DNA from: a virus
Taxonomy: Duplodnaviria; Caudoviricetes
Length of the DNA: 64,000 nt
Virus record (IMG/VR): IMGVR_UViG_3300034061_003631
Coordinates: 11 to 64,010 of that record
Direction: 5' to 3' (one strand)
The notes under the pieces were generated by a model, which saw nothing but the letters and a program-made list of their open reading frames with translations, did no database searches and was not told the origin of the DNA. Positions 48,667 to 58,633 of this stretch are shown one piece after another; the stretch's first letter is position 1, and each line of letters starts with the position of its first letter. The position numbers and the translations under genes were made by a program.

Positions 48667-51600
48667 ATGACTAAAAAAGGTTGCTGCTGTAAAGAAGAAA
48701 ATTCAAATGTAAAACATTATATTGCTGTAAGATGTTTCGAATATGAAACAGAGTTTTACGAGCAACCAAAAATACATAATGTTTATGATTCTTTTCCAAG
48801 TAATTCTAGAATTTTTGGTCTTGGCGATGAACCTGATTTTCCTTATAGAGTAACCGGATTAGATTCTGGAAACAGTTTACTTGTAATAGAAAAAGATCCA
48901 TCAAGAAAAATTAAATTTATGTTAAAAGGTGGTGGCGGTGGCGCACCATTTGATTCATTTGGCGGCAATGCTGCTTATATTGATTTTAATGTAATTCCAT
49001 TTAGTGAAAGTAAATTAAATTCAATGTCACTATTTGTTGGTGCTGGTGGCACCGGTGGTCCGCATTTTGATTTTAGAAATACCACACCATTATATGGTGG
49101 TGGCCCTGGGTTTGGATTTGCTGGATGGGGAGGAGGTGCGGCTGCTTATGGTGATAGCGTTCAATCTTTACAAGCAGGTGGCCAATATGTTGTTGGTTCT
49201 GGTGGCGGTGCGGGAGCAGATATAGATACAAATACCAGATATGGTGGACATGGTGGCGTTTCGGATGGAGAGGCTGGTGATGGTCTGTTTGGCGGAGGTT
49301 CAGCATCAAGCACTGCGCCTGGATTGGGCGGCGGTGCTGGAGGATTTGGGGGCGGATTTAGAATTGGTGGCCTTGGATTTAGATTCAGTCCTCCACCATC
49401 GTTTCCAGTTAGTGTAGTTGGTGGAGGTGGAGGCTCAGGGGTTTTTGGTGGCGGTGGTGGAGGTTCAAATAGTTCTGGGGGCGGAGGAGCTTCTACCGTA
49501 GCTGATATATTTTCTAATAAACCAATTGACAACGGATTCGATGGGACATTCAGAGGTCCCGGTAGTCGCTGTAGTCCGTTTTTTAGTAAAACAATGGATG
49601 CTGGTTTGGGTGCTAATAGACCTGGAAGATTTATAGAAAATTTAGATACTGTATATACTTCATTGTATAACGGAGGAAACGCCCAAGCAGCAGAATATCA
49701 CAGAACAAGGTGGTGTCCTTGTTTTGAAAGCCAAGTATCAAATATTGATAATTCTACTGGTTATTTTTCAAATGGGTTAAACTATATTTGTTTAACAGAA
49801 GGACAATATAATCTTATAATTGCCCAGACACTTTCTTTACCAGACTATAATAATATCTTTGCTGCGGGAGCAGGTTATGTAAAAACTTCTTTTGTTTTAA
49901 ACGGAGCAAGGTATATTTTATTGCCATGGGAAGAGGATATTTATGGTGATCCAACTGCAAATCATTATTATTGCAGCGTAGGATGTGAAAATGATTATAT
50001 TGCTAATGGAATACCAACAGATGTAAAATGGTACGTTTCAACACAATATAATTTTGCAAATTATTCAGATTCAAGAAATTTTTTCAAAAATCTATACTTA
50101 TCATATGGTATGGATCTATCCTCAGTAACAAGTTGCTGTGATATTTTTATCGGTGAAAGAATTTGTTTTCCAGAAAATTCATCAAACTGTTCAAATTCTG
50201 TAGATCAAGATGGAAATGTATATGGATGTTATTGTCAAAATGTAGAAACACCACCAAAGTATAAATCTATATGCCGTTCACAAGTTTCTACAGATAGTCC
50301 ATTTATAGCGGTAGATCCCGATTCCCAATTTTATTATCTCTGCATTCCAGCATTTGGTTGGAGCAGATTTGGATCAGAAACCGTAAATGGGCTTTTCAAT
50401 TATTCTGATGGCATTAATGATGAAAATAAAATAAATTTGGGAAGCGATTTACAATATTTTAGTGATCCACCATCATTAGAAATTGAAGAGTTGAGACAAT
50501 TGCTTTGTGAGCAGACGCAAACTGGACCTGGTGGCGAATGCAATAAAAATCCAGATCAAGATTGTGTATGCAGAGTAATTGTAAGCCGACCATATGAAGA
50601 ACAGGATCCCGAAGGAATAAACGCTCCTATTACATTTACTCACACAGGTGGTATAGTTTGTTCAAGAGATCTATATGGATCAGGTCCAAATTCTTGTGAA
50701 ACATGTCCAGAAGAAACAGCCCAACCACTTCCTCTTGATGATAATACTTTTAGTTTTCAAAAATGCACACAACCTTCTATATGTGAAATAACTGGTTGCT
50801 ATACAATAGATCCAAGTATACCAAATTGTGGACCAACAAATCCACAACAATGTGGTGAGTGTACAGATCCTTGTTCTGGCGATCCCATTCTTTTGACAAA
50901 AAAAGCCTTCGCCACATTTAAAAAATTGTTTTCATTCTTTGAAACAAATTTATATAGAGCAGGCAATCTACTTTTAAATCCAAATACATCAACAGTAAGC
51001 AAAATACAAGTACCGCCATTAAATCCTTGCGATGTAATTCCCGGTGAATGTCAATTTGCAGGTACTTTTATTGGTTATAAATCAAAAATTGAAAGAAATA
51101 GTTGCCCACCTGATAATTGGATTCAGTCACAAACTTGTAAAGATTGTGGATGTATAAAAGAACAAACACAAACTGTATTGCGCTGCAGTGCAACCGATTT
51201 AATAAAAGAAGAAAAATCTTGGGAAACCTGGATGTGTGTTTTGATACAAGAATCTACAGCCAATAATGGTGAAGATTATTATGAAGGCACAGCAATGGAA
51301 ATTACTTTAAATCCTTGCTTGTTTGCCGGTTTGACACCTGTAGAAGCTTTAGCAAAAGCAACACAACTTATAAAATTAGAAGAAAAATCTATACAAACTT
51401 CTTTATGTGGTGAAGAACAAATAACAATAAATGGGTATCGTTTAACTGCATGTCTTCTCTGCTTGGACTTAGCTAGTTCTTCAGCCTCTGATGCAGCTGC
51501 ATATATAAATGCCTGTGTGGGTGGATTTGCTTATGCAACTGTTTTAGATGATTTGGCCTGGTTTGGTGAAAGAAGAATGAATTGTAATGTATGCGAAGAA

Positions 51601-52281
51601 TTTAAAAAGAGACCCGGTGATATTTTTGAAATAGAATATTCTCTTTACAATGGTGGTGTAAAAGCTACAATTAAATTTAAATCAAAAAAATACGAAGCAT
51701 GCGTTCTTGTAAAAAGCAACCCAGTCTGCGATACCCAATTGGGAGGCAGTGCTGATGACTGCTATAATTTTGTATTGTCTGAAACAAAAGGCAATATATT
51801 TGTTCAATATAAAAGTAACGAAGCTGTGAGTTATCCTGAGTGGGCAAATGGGACTCGTTGGGAATTTACAACAATTTCTGGTGATGGAGAAAACCCAAAT
51901 TTTCAAGCTTGCGCACCCTTTAATGAACAAATAGGTCCGCAAGACTGTATATTATACAAAAGATCTGATTGTGTTTATAGAAAACCAGATCTTGAAGGGT
52001 ATACAGGAAAATGTTGTACAATTAACACAAATTGTTCGGACAATGAAATAGAGTGCACAAGCATTAATAGCATTGGAGATTATTGTACTTTTTGTGAAAA
52101 TCAACAATGCACAAGTTCTGGTAGTTGTTCTACAAATGGAGACGATGCTTGCTGCAATTTAGATCAACCACCAGATTGCCAATATCCTCCATGCACTCCT
52201 TTTCAAGGTTGCACTATAATTTCTTCACCAATTCCAAGTGATGTTTGCACTACACAAATAGGATCATTGTTTATTTTTTAA
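48667..52281 (+). CDS. Large Gly-rich / Cys-rich putative virion fibre or appendage protein
   Basis: TATAAATA upstream; starts MTKKGCCC; poly-Gly domain at about aa 90-290; dozens of Cys in the remainder. Confidence 0.7.
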   Translation: MTKKGCCCKEENSNVKHYIAVRCFEYETEFYEQPKIHNVYDSFPSNSRIFGLGDEPDFPYRVTGLDSGNSLLVIEKDPSRKIKFMLKGGGGGAPFDSFGGNAAYIDFNVIPFSESKLNSMSLFVGAGGTGGPHFDFRNTTPLYGGGPGFGFAGWGGGAAAYGDSVQSLQAGGQYVVGSGGGAGADIDTNTRYGGHGGVSDGEAGDGLFGGGSASSTAPGLGGGAGGFGGGFRIGGLGFRFSPPPSFPVSVVGGGGGSGVFGGGGGGSNSSGGGGASTVADIFSNKPIDNGFDGTFRGPGSRCSPFFSKTMDAGLGANRPGRFIENLDTVYTSLYNGGNAQAAEYHRTRWCPCFESQVSNIDNSTGYFSNGLNYICLTEGQYNLIIAQTLSLPDYNNIFAAGAGYVKTSFVLNGARYILLPWEEDIYGDPTANHYYCSVGCENDYIANGIPTDVKWYVSTQYNFANYSDSRNFFKNLYLSYGMDLSSVTSCCDIFIGERICFPENSSNCSNSVDQDGNVYGCYCQNVETPPKYKSICRSQVSTDSPFIAVDPDSQFYYLCIPAFGWSRFGSETVNGLFNYSDGINDENKINLGSDLQYFSDPPSLEIEELRQLLCEQTQTGPGGECNKNPDQDCVCRVIVSRPYEEQDPEGINAPITFTHTGGIVCSRDLYGSGPNSCETCPEETAQPLPLDDNTFSFQKCTQPSICEITGCYTIDPSIPNCGPTNPQQCGECTDPCSGDPILLTKKAFATFKKLFSFFETNLYRAGNLLLNPNTSTVSKIQVPPLNPCDVIPGECQFAGTFIGYKSKIERNSCPPDNWIQSQTCKDCGCIKEQTQTVLRCSATDLIKEEKSWETWMCVLIQESTANNGEDYYEGTAMEITLNPCLFAGLTPVEALAKATQLIKLEEKSIQTSLCGEEQITINGYRLTACLLCLDLASSSASDAAAYINACVGGFAYATVLDDLAWFGERRMNCNVCEEFKKRPGDIFEIEYSLYNGGVKATIKFKSKKYEACVLVKSNPVCDTQLGGSADDCYNFVLSETKGNIFVQYKSNEAVSYPEWANGTRWEFTTISGDGENPNFQACAPFNEQIGPQDCILYKRSDCVYRKPDLEGYTGKCCTINTNCSDNEIECTSINSIGDYCTFCENQQCTSSGSCSTNGDDACCNLDQPPDCQYPPCTPFQGCTIISSPIPSDVCTTQIGSLFIF

Positions 52282-52299
52282 AAACTTTATTTAAATTTT

Positions 52300-53028
52300 A
52301 TGAGCTATCAAAATAATACAACTTTAGTTTTACCAAAAGTAGTTACTTGCAAAGAAAAGGGAATCAATCTTCCAGTTATAAATTGTGAACATTGGGAAGC
52401 AAAAGATAATTGCAATCCTGTTTGCAAATTAAATCTTGTAGACTCTCCAGATTATAAAAAATGCAAAGATTGCAAAGAAAGAAAACCAATTAAAAGTGAA
52501 ACTATGGAAAATTATAAAAGAAAAGAGTTTGTTAATATTAATGAAAATGTAAGACAAACTTTAGAAGCACAATCAAAAAAATTGCAAGAAATACAAGAGA
52601 AGTTTGCAAAGCAAAAAAAAGAACAAGAAGAAAAAATATTAAATGAAAAATCATTTTTAGATAAAGCAGTTTCATATCTAAAAGCAGAATCATCACAAGC
52701 CACACAGGGCAAAATATCAAATAGCAACTTTGAAAAGAGAAAAGAAATATGTATGAGTTGCCCCTTTAAAGTAAACGATGTTCTATTAAAAAATGGAACA
52801 ACGGCTCACGATTCTGTTGGATGGTGTAAGGGTGGATGCGGCTGTAGTGTTGGTTCCGAAAGAGCCGCCTTGTCAACCAAACTTTACATGCCAACGTTAT
52901 CTTGTCCAAAAGGAAAATTTGGTGTCGAAAAGGGAGCTGGTTTTGAAATTTCTGATGCCGTAGATTCCGCAAAAGGAATTTTAACTTCAGCAATTAGTAT
53001 TTTTAAGAAACCTCAGACAGATAAATAA
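52300..53028 (+). CDS. Cys-rich hypothetical protein
   Basis: CEHW...C...CKDC; RKEICMSCP...WCKGGCGC...LSCPKGKF. Confidence 0.7.
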   Translation: MSYQNNTTLVLPKVVTCKEKGINLPVINCEHWEAKDNCNPVCKLNLVDSPDYKKCKDCKERKPIKSETMENYKRKEFVNINENVRQTLEAQSKKLQEIQEKFAKQKKEQEEKILNEKSFLDKAVSYLKAESSQATQGKISNSNFEKRKEICMSCPFKVNDVLLKNGTTAHDSVGWCKGGCGCSVGSERAALSTKLYMPTLSCPKGKFGVEKGAGFEISDAVDSAKGILTSAISIFKKPQTDK

Positions 53029-53032
53029 TTAC

Positions 53033-53560
53033 ATGCTCAAATTTAAAGACTTTTTGTTAAATGAAGATCTTGGTATCGGCCCAGAAGGAACAGCAAACAA
53101 TCCTTCTATTAAAAATTATTTGGATTCGCTAAGAAAAGAAAAAAAAGATCTAGTTCAACAAAAAAAATTAACTGTAAATAACCCAGAAGAAAAAGAAAGA
53201 TTGTCTGATTTACTTAATCAAAAACAACAAGAAATTTATCAAACTCAAATTTTAAGTAATCCACAAACTTCTACTACTACTCCAAGTTTGCCAACACCAC
53301 AGCTCAGTACTTCTTTAGGGTCACCAGCTGGAAAGGAAAGTGCTTTTGATAAACTTATAAAAGGCAAAACAGTTTCAACTATTGGATCATCGTCACCAAC
53401 ACCATCTCTTGCTTCTCCAGCTTTGAGTACAGCCACACCATCTCCTGAAAGCTCAATTTATTCAGGATATAAAGTTTTTAACAATTTAATAAGCAGCATA
53501 ACAAACCCTCAATTAGATATTGAAGTTTTAGGCAAAACTTCTAAAAACATAAGATTATAA
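53033..53560 (+). CDS. Late protein with capsid-targeting-like N-terminus and Ser/Thr/Pro-rich tail
   Basis: MLKFKDFLLNE; GATAAATA just upstream. Confidence 0.65.
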   Translation: MLKFKDFLLNEDLGIGPEGTANNPSIKNYLDSLRKEKKDLVQQKKLTVNNPEEKERLSDLLNQKQQEIYQTQILSNPQTSTTTPSLPTPQLSTSLGSPAGKESAFDKLIKGKTVSTIGSSSPTPSLASPALSTATPSPESSIYSGYKVFNNLISSITNPQLDIEVLGKTSKNIRL

Positions 53561-53568
53561 ATATTTTT

Positions 53569-54030
53569 ATGAATTACCTTCTAAATTATTATAAAAATAT
53601 TTGTGAAAAATACCAACAAAAAATTATTATTTTACAAAATTATTTAAACGAGGTTGCTGAAAGTGGTATAAATGTTGCTGGCGGTGGTTTGGCCCAAGAA
53701 CCAATTCCTCAAGAAGGGGCACCAATCGGTATACCGGATATGCAAGGACCACGTGATCCATCCATTCCACCAAGTCCAATTGATTATTTTTATTGGTGTG
53801 AGGACGCTGGTTGTGATATCAATACTCCACCAGGTATAGGATTTTACGATAAAGATGGTGATGGTAAAATAAGTCCTGAAGAACGCCAAGAGTGGAATAT
53901 TGATACAGAGAGATGGCATCAACAAAAAAATTTATATACAAGACATTTTAAAGAGCATTCAAAATGGAAATCTAGCCAAAAAAGAAGAAGAGTTTCTTCT
54001 ATGGCAACAGATAGTCAATACTACTCATAA
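53569..54030 (+). CDS. Leader-cargo array member (YYKN leader)
   Basis: MNYLLNYYKNICEKYQQKIIILQNYLNE; TATAAATA upstream; DKDGDGKISPEE EF-hand-like loop. Confidence 0.75.
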   Translation: MNYLLNYYKNICEKYQQKIIILQNYLNEVAESGINVAGGGLAQEPIPQEGAPIGIPDMQGPRDPSIPPSPIDYFYWCEDAGCDINTPPGIGFYDKDGDGKISPEERQEWNIDTERWHQQKNLYTRHFKEHSKWKSSQKRRRVSSMATDSQYYS

Positions 54031-54048
54031 CAAATAAAATAAAATCAA

Positions 54049-54858
54049 ATGATAAATCCATTCAACGATCAATCAAATATTTTTATAAACCCATATGACA
54101 ATGCAATAAAAAAATTGCAAGAACAAAATCTTTTTAAATTCGAAGAAATATATAAAAAAAGATGTGATTTTTTAAATAAAAAAAATATAAAACTTAAAAA
54201 ATATTTAGAAGAAGCAACTTCGTCATTAAACGATAGAGAATTTGGGATTAATTATGATTCCGCAGTTAACAATACTAGCTCTTCTGCTAATTTAATGATG
54301 CCTAGCCCACCACCACCAAGTTGGTGGGGTGGAAAAAATAGAATTTCATGGAATTTCGAAAATATGCCAGATTGGTATAGAAAAATGTTTGGTAATACTA
54401 ATGATTTCTCCCCAGCACCTGCAGATCGCCCCAAAGTAGGCCCAAATGAACGTGGAGTAGATGTAGAAAAAGCACCCCGTGGCCCGGGATCAAATTTTAA
54501 TCATTATCCTGGAGCAGGACAGAAAAGCAGTGGATTTTATAACGGCTGGTACAAGCCACCAAAAGAATTTCCTGTATATAGCCATCAATCATCAGTGCAC
54601 ACTATATTTAACTTAGACCGTTCAAGATATGTAACTACTTTGGATGGACAAGACTTACCACAGGGTGTATTTGCAGATACTCAACCACCATATTGGCTTT
54701 GGACTTTAGGCGCACCAACACCACAATATCCACAAGGTGTACCATATTGGTTGGATATGAATGGAGGCGCTGAGAATATGGGAGTTTGGCAGATGGCAAG
54801 TCAAGGTAGTCCGGGATATTTGAATCCTTGGGGAATATTTTTACAAAATCCGAACTAA
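54049..54858 (+). CDS. Leader-cargo array member; cargo paralogous to 54868
   Basis: EEIYKKRCDFLNKKNIKLKKYLEE then ATSSLNDREFGINYDSAVN...PPPPSWWGGKNR. Confidence 0.75.
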   Translation: MINPFNDQSNIFINPYDNAIKKLQEQNLFKFEEIYKKRCDFLNKKNIKLKKYLEEATSSLNDREFGINYDSAVNNTSSSANLMMPSPPPPSWWGGKNRISWNFENMPDWYRKMFGNTNDFSPAPADRPKVGPNERGVDVEKAPRGPGSNFNHYPGAGQKSSGFYNGWYKPPKEFPVYSHQSSVHTIFNLDRSRYVTTLDGQDLPQGVFADTQPPYWLWTLGAPTPQYPQGVPYWLDMNGGAENMGVWQMASQGSPGYLNPWGIFLQNPN

Positions 54859-54861
54859 AAT

Positions 54862-55637
54862 ACTAAAATGCTTTTTTATCAATCCGACATTAATAATACT
54901 ATTTCAAAAATTTTTATTAAAAAATATTTAAAAGAAGCATATTCGTCAATAAATGATAGAGAATTTGGAATTAATTATGATTCCGCAGTCAACAGTACTA
55001 GCTCTTCTGCTAATTTAATGATGCCTAACCCACCACCACCAAGTTGGTGGGGTGGAAAAAATAGACTTTCACAGTGGTTCGCTGGTGAACGAATGCCAGA
55101 TTGGTATAGAAGAATGTTTGGTTATGGTGATCCCCCAGCAGATCGCCCTAGATTAGGCTCAAGTGAACGTGGAGTAGAGAGAGCACCCCGTGGCCCGGGA
55201 TCAAATTTTAGTCATAACCCTCTTATATTTCGTAAACCGGGTGGACAATATAATGGCTACTGGTTGCCACCAAAAGAATTTCCTGTGTATAGCCACCAAG
55301 CAGAAGCACACACTTTATTGGGCTTAGACCGATCAAGATTTTTAACTACTTGGGAAGGACAAGCATTACCACAAGGTGTATTTGTAGATAGTCATGGACC
55401 ACCACATTTATTCTGGACTTTAGGGGCACCAACACCAGATTACCCAGAAGGTGTACCATATTGGATAGATTATGCTGGAGAATTTACTCCTGATAATCCA
55501 GGAGTATGGCGCATGATAAATCCGGAGCTACCGGGAAATCCTTGGGGAATTCAACCACCAGATTATAACCCCAACTAAATATACTAACTAAAATGCTTTT
55601 TTATCAATCCGACATTAATAATACTATTTCAAAAATT
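54862..55637 (+). repeat. 51-nt identical direct repeat at 54862-54912 and 55587-55637
   Basis: ACTAAAATGCTTTTTTATCAATCCGACATTAATAATACTATTTCAAAAATT in both. Confidence 0.9.
54868..55578 (+). CDS. Leader-cargo array member (MLFYQSD leader)
   Basis: MLFYQSDINNTISKIFIKKYLKE then AYSSINDREFGINYDSAVN. Confidence 0.75.
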   Translation: MLFYQSDINNTISKIFIKKYLKEAYSSINDREFGINYDSAVNSTSSSANLMMPNPPPPSWWGGKNRLSQWFAGERMPDWYRRMFGYGDPPADRPRLGSSERGVERAPRGPGSNFSHNPLIFRKPGGQYNGYWLPPKEFPVYSHQAEAHTLLGLDRSRFLTTWEGQALPQGVFVDSHGPPHLFWTLGAPTPDYPEGVPYWIDYAGEFTPDNPGVWRMINPELPGNPWGIQPPDYNPN

Positions 55638-56252
55638 CTTCTTGAAAAATTATTAGATGATACACCAGATCCAAGACCTCTAAAACCAAAAACCCCTTGG
55701 ATGGTGGAAGGGGATTTTGTGTTTTATGGTGATCCGCCACCACCTCCTCCTTCTGGTGTCGGACAAGCACTTGAACTTATAAATGATTATGGTATAGGTT
55801 TTCATCCATACGACTGGTTTAATAATACAAATAATCAAAATACGACACAGGGCGAAATGCATCCAGCCATACAGTGGTTACTTGGTACAGTGGGTACTGC
55901 TGAAGGACCACTTTTATTGAGAGTATTGCAAGGATTGGCACCAATTCCTCTTGAATGGATTCCATATTTAGCGGCTTTGGGAGTATTGGTTGTTGGTGTC
56001 GGAGGTGCTATGTATATAACTGCTGAATCTGGACAAATAATTTTAAATAATTTACCAGGTTTGCAAGAAGTAGGCTCAGGTAATGCAACTGCTTTTCAAA
56101 GAATTGATGCACCTGTATACAATGATTCCATCTACCAAAACAGCGGTATCGATCCTTTGACGGGATTGCCTTGGAATGTGATTCCACCACCTCCCCCATC
56201 TTCTTCCGGTAATGATTCTTCTTCAGGAGATGGTATAGCAGTAATACCTTAA
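55593..56252 (+). CDS. Leader-cargo array member (MLFYQSD leader) with hydrophobic segment
   Basis: MLFYQSDINNTISKILLE; WIPYLAALGVLVVGVGGAMYI. Confidence 0.75.
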   Translation: MLFYQSDINNTISKILLEKLLDDTPDPRPLKPKTPWMVEGDFVFYGDPPPPPPSGVGQALELINDYGIGFHPYDWFNNTNNQNTTQGEMHPAIQWLLGTVGTAEGPLLLRVLQGLAPIPLEWIPYLAALGVLVVGVGGAMYITAESGQIILNNLPGLQEVGSGNATAFQRIDAPVYNDSIYQNSGIDPLTGLPWNVIPPPPPSSSGNDSSSGDGIAVIP

Positions 56253-56285
56253 AGTTTTTATATATTTTGTTTTATAAATACTTTC

Positions 56286-56990
56286 ATGGATTATTTGACA
56301 AAATATTATAAAAATTTAGCTGAAGAGCTTCAACAAAAATGTAACAAACTTTATTTAACTTTAAATGAAGTTGCTTCACCAGTTCAATTAATGCCAGGGC
56401 AGGGTCCTGGTACTCTTGAAGGCGATCCAAATTATAGATTTGTTGGTGGTGTGGAATCCGCAGGTGATAGCGTAAGACCACAATTAATGCAATGGAACAA
56501 CAATGCACAAGTTTGGAAAACTAATTTTTATAATAGTGGTTACGCAAATGCTCCTTGGAATAATTGGGCAAGTTGGATAAATGCACTATACCAATATTGG
56601 AATAATAATGCATTTTGGAATGCAGGAATGCAAGATTTTATGGTTGGGTTGTTTGGTGATGGCTACAATTATCAATTTTTGCCAAATGGCGATATTCTTT
56701 TTACAGAAGAAATGAAACAAATTGCATATAATTGCATACAATCAATGGTTCAAGCAGGCAGTCAATCGCCAAACCAAAATGCTTCTAACGCTGCAGCACA
56801 ATCTGTATTTAATTATTTCCAAGAACAATATGGAATAAAAACATACCCGTGGTACAACGGAGAGTTTGCTCCATTCTTTACAAACTATTATCTACCAGGA
56901 GCAACTTCATTCCCACCCACACCACCGTGGCAATGGAATCCCGGTATGGGACTTCCTTTTGCAAATGCACCAACCGTTCCTGCGCCATAA
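56286..56990 (+). CDS. Leader-cargo array member (MDYLT leader)
   Basis: MDYLTKYYKNLAEELQQKCNKLYLTLNE; TATAAATA upstream. Confidence 0.78.
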   Translation: MDYLTKYYKNLAEELQQKCNKLYLTLNEVASPVQLMPGQGPGTLEGDPNYRFVGGVESAGDSVRPQLMQWNNNAQVWKTNFYNSGYANAPWNNWASWINALYQYWNNNAFWNAGMQDFMVGLFGDGYNYQFLPNGDILFTEEMKQIAYNCIQSMVQAGSQSPNQNASNAAAQSVFNYFQEQYGIKTYPWYNGEFAPFFTNYYLPGATSFPPTPPWQWNPGMGLPFANAPTVPAP

Positions 56991-57001
56991 TATATAACAA
57001 C

Positions 57002-57460
57002 ATGAAATACGAAGAATATTATTACAAAAATCTTTGTGAAAAGTATCAAAAAAGAATTGATATTCTTGAAAGATATCTTTCTGAGGCTGGACTAAAGAAA
57101 GCTTTAAAGACCGGAAAGCCAGAACTTCTTGCAAAAGAAGGTATAAAGCAAGGCGAAAGAAGAGAACGGCTTCTTTCAACTGCCACGGAAATGGGTCAAA
57201 GAGCTTCAGATAGTGCTCGCAAATATGGTCCAATGAGCAAACAAGTAGGTGCTGCTGGTCTACAGCAACAAGCTGCTCTTTCAAGCGCACAACAAATTGG
57301 ACAAAATATCGAAGATATTGATATACAACTGGCTTCAGAAGATCCAGAGCTAAGAAAGCGTTCAAGCGGAATGTATATGAGACAATCAATGCTGGGACCA
57401 GATGTATTCCCAGAAAGACCAATGCAAGATTATCCTCATGTTGGTTCGGCACAATATTAA
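57002..57460 (+). CDS. Leader-cargo array member
   Basis: Start taken at ATG 57002: MKYEEYYYKNLCEKYQKRIDILERYLSE. Confidence 0.75.
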   Translation: MKYEEYYYKNLCEKYQKRIDILERYLSEAGLKKALKTGKPELLAKEGIKQGERRERLLSTATEMGQRASDSARKYGPMSKQVGAAGLQQQAALSSAQQIGQNIEDIDIQLASEDPELRKRSSGMYMRQSMLGPDVFPERPMQDYPHVGSAQY

Positions 57461-57468
57461 ATAAATTT

Positions 57469-58014
57469 ATGGACTACCTAACAAATCATTACAAAAATTT
57501 ATCGGAACAACTGCAAAACAAAATAAACATTTTGCAAAAAGTTTTATTAGAATCTGATATGCCACCAGTTGGTCCAGACATAGAGGGTATTGGTGATACT
57601 GCACCAATAACATCCAGAAAAGAATTTCAAGATAATGGTTTGTGGATCACACCAACTAACTGGCAAGGTCTTTATAATCAATGGCAAAAATTAAGAAACG
57701 GACCAGTTCCAAACTGGTTCCTTGCCGAATATTGGGGAGGGCTTCAATCAAATGGTGGGACTTGGGGATCAGTAGCAGATGCTTGGGACAATTTCTGCGC
57801 ACAATTGTTGGGAGCAATAAGCAGAGCTGGTCAATACAATAATCCAGAAATATACTGGGACATTCAAAGCCAGTGGCAGTATTATACAGCCCAAGCAAAT
57901 AATGGTCAACCACTACCATTCCCCGTACGACACGGTGGACGCTACACTCCACAAATTGGCATGCACCAAGTAGGCGGAAGAATAAATTATATTGAACCAC
58001 ATCCAAATATGTGA
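57469..58014 (+). CDS. Leader-cargo array member (MDYLT leader)
   Basis: MDYLTNHYKNLSEQLQNKINILQKVLLE. Confidence 0.78.
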   Translation: MDYLTNHYKNLSEQLQNKINILQKVLLESDMPPVGPDIEGIGDTAPITSRKEFQDNGLWITPTNWQGLYNQWQKLRNGPVPNWFLAEYWGGLQSNGGTWGSVADAWDNFCAQLLGAISRAGQYNNPEIYWDIQSQWQYYTAQANNGQPLPFPVRHGGRYTPQIGMHQVGGRINYIEPHPNM

Positions 58015-58046
58015 TTATTATTCAATAATTCAAAAACAAAAAATAA

Positions 58047-58074
58047 GGGTCCCCAAAAGGGACCCAAATTTTTT
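58047..58074 (+). terminator. Intrinsic terminator
   Basis: GGGTCCC-CAAAA-GGGACCC followed by AAATTTTTT. Confidence 0.7.
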
Positions 58075-58096
58075 GTTAAAATTTTTATAACAATAT

Positions 58097-58633
58097 ATCT
58101 ATCTAAATATTCTTATGGATTATTTGACAAACTATTACAAAAATCTCTGCGAGCAACTTCAAAATAAACTAAATTATCTGGAACAAATGATCGCAGAGGC
58201 CAGACGGGGAACCGTCATGGTAGATGTAGATGACATCGAACGCGACGAGGGAGGTGACAGTATCATCGTCGGCAGACTCGCATCAGGCAAGGGTGCCAAA
58301 ACCGAAAGAACGATCACCTTCTACCCACAAAAAGAGCATGACATGGATGACTACCGCAATGCAGCCAAAATCGGCGCAGAGCCAATGGAAATTCGTTCAA
58401 ACGAGATCATGCACGAACCAAGGGAAAGAGGACACAATGTACGTGGCGCAGGCGCAAAGAGAGTAAAGAAAGAAATCGCACAGCACGGCGCAGAACTCAA
58501 GAAGCCAATGAGCGAACGCGGCGAAATCAGCTTCGACGCAAGAAACGCCCGTCGCCAAGCAAACAGATAATTTTTATACGAATAAATCTATCTAAATATT
58601 CTCATGGATTATTTGACAAACTATTACAAAAAT
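58097..58633 (+). repeat. 48-nt direct repeat (late promoter plus leader start) at 58097-58144 and 58586-58633
   Basis: ATCTATCTAAATATTCTYATGGATTATTTGACAAACTATTACAAAAAT, one mismatch between copies. Confidence 0.9.
58115..58570 (+). CDS. Leader-cargo array member (MDYLT leader)
   Basis: MDYLTNYYKNLCEQLQNKLNYLEQMIAE; cargo DNA more GC-rich than the leader. Confidence 0.78.
   Translation: MDYLTNYYKNLCEQLQNKLNYLEQMIAEARRGTVMVDVDDIERDEGGDSIIVGRLASGKGAKTERTITFYPQKEHDMDDYRNAAKIGAEPMEIRSNEIMHEPRERGHNVRGAGAKRVKKEIAQHGAELKKPMSERGEISFDARNARRQANR

Noticed and set aside
309-58466. Short shadow ORFs opposite or inside recognised genes (e.g. 309-569, 2185-2499, 16145-16423, 49161-49532, 56907-57452)
   Set aside because: They overlap well-supported genes and show no motifs or expression signals
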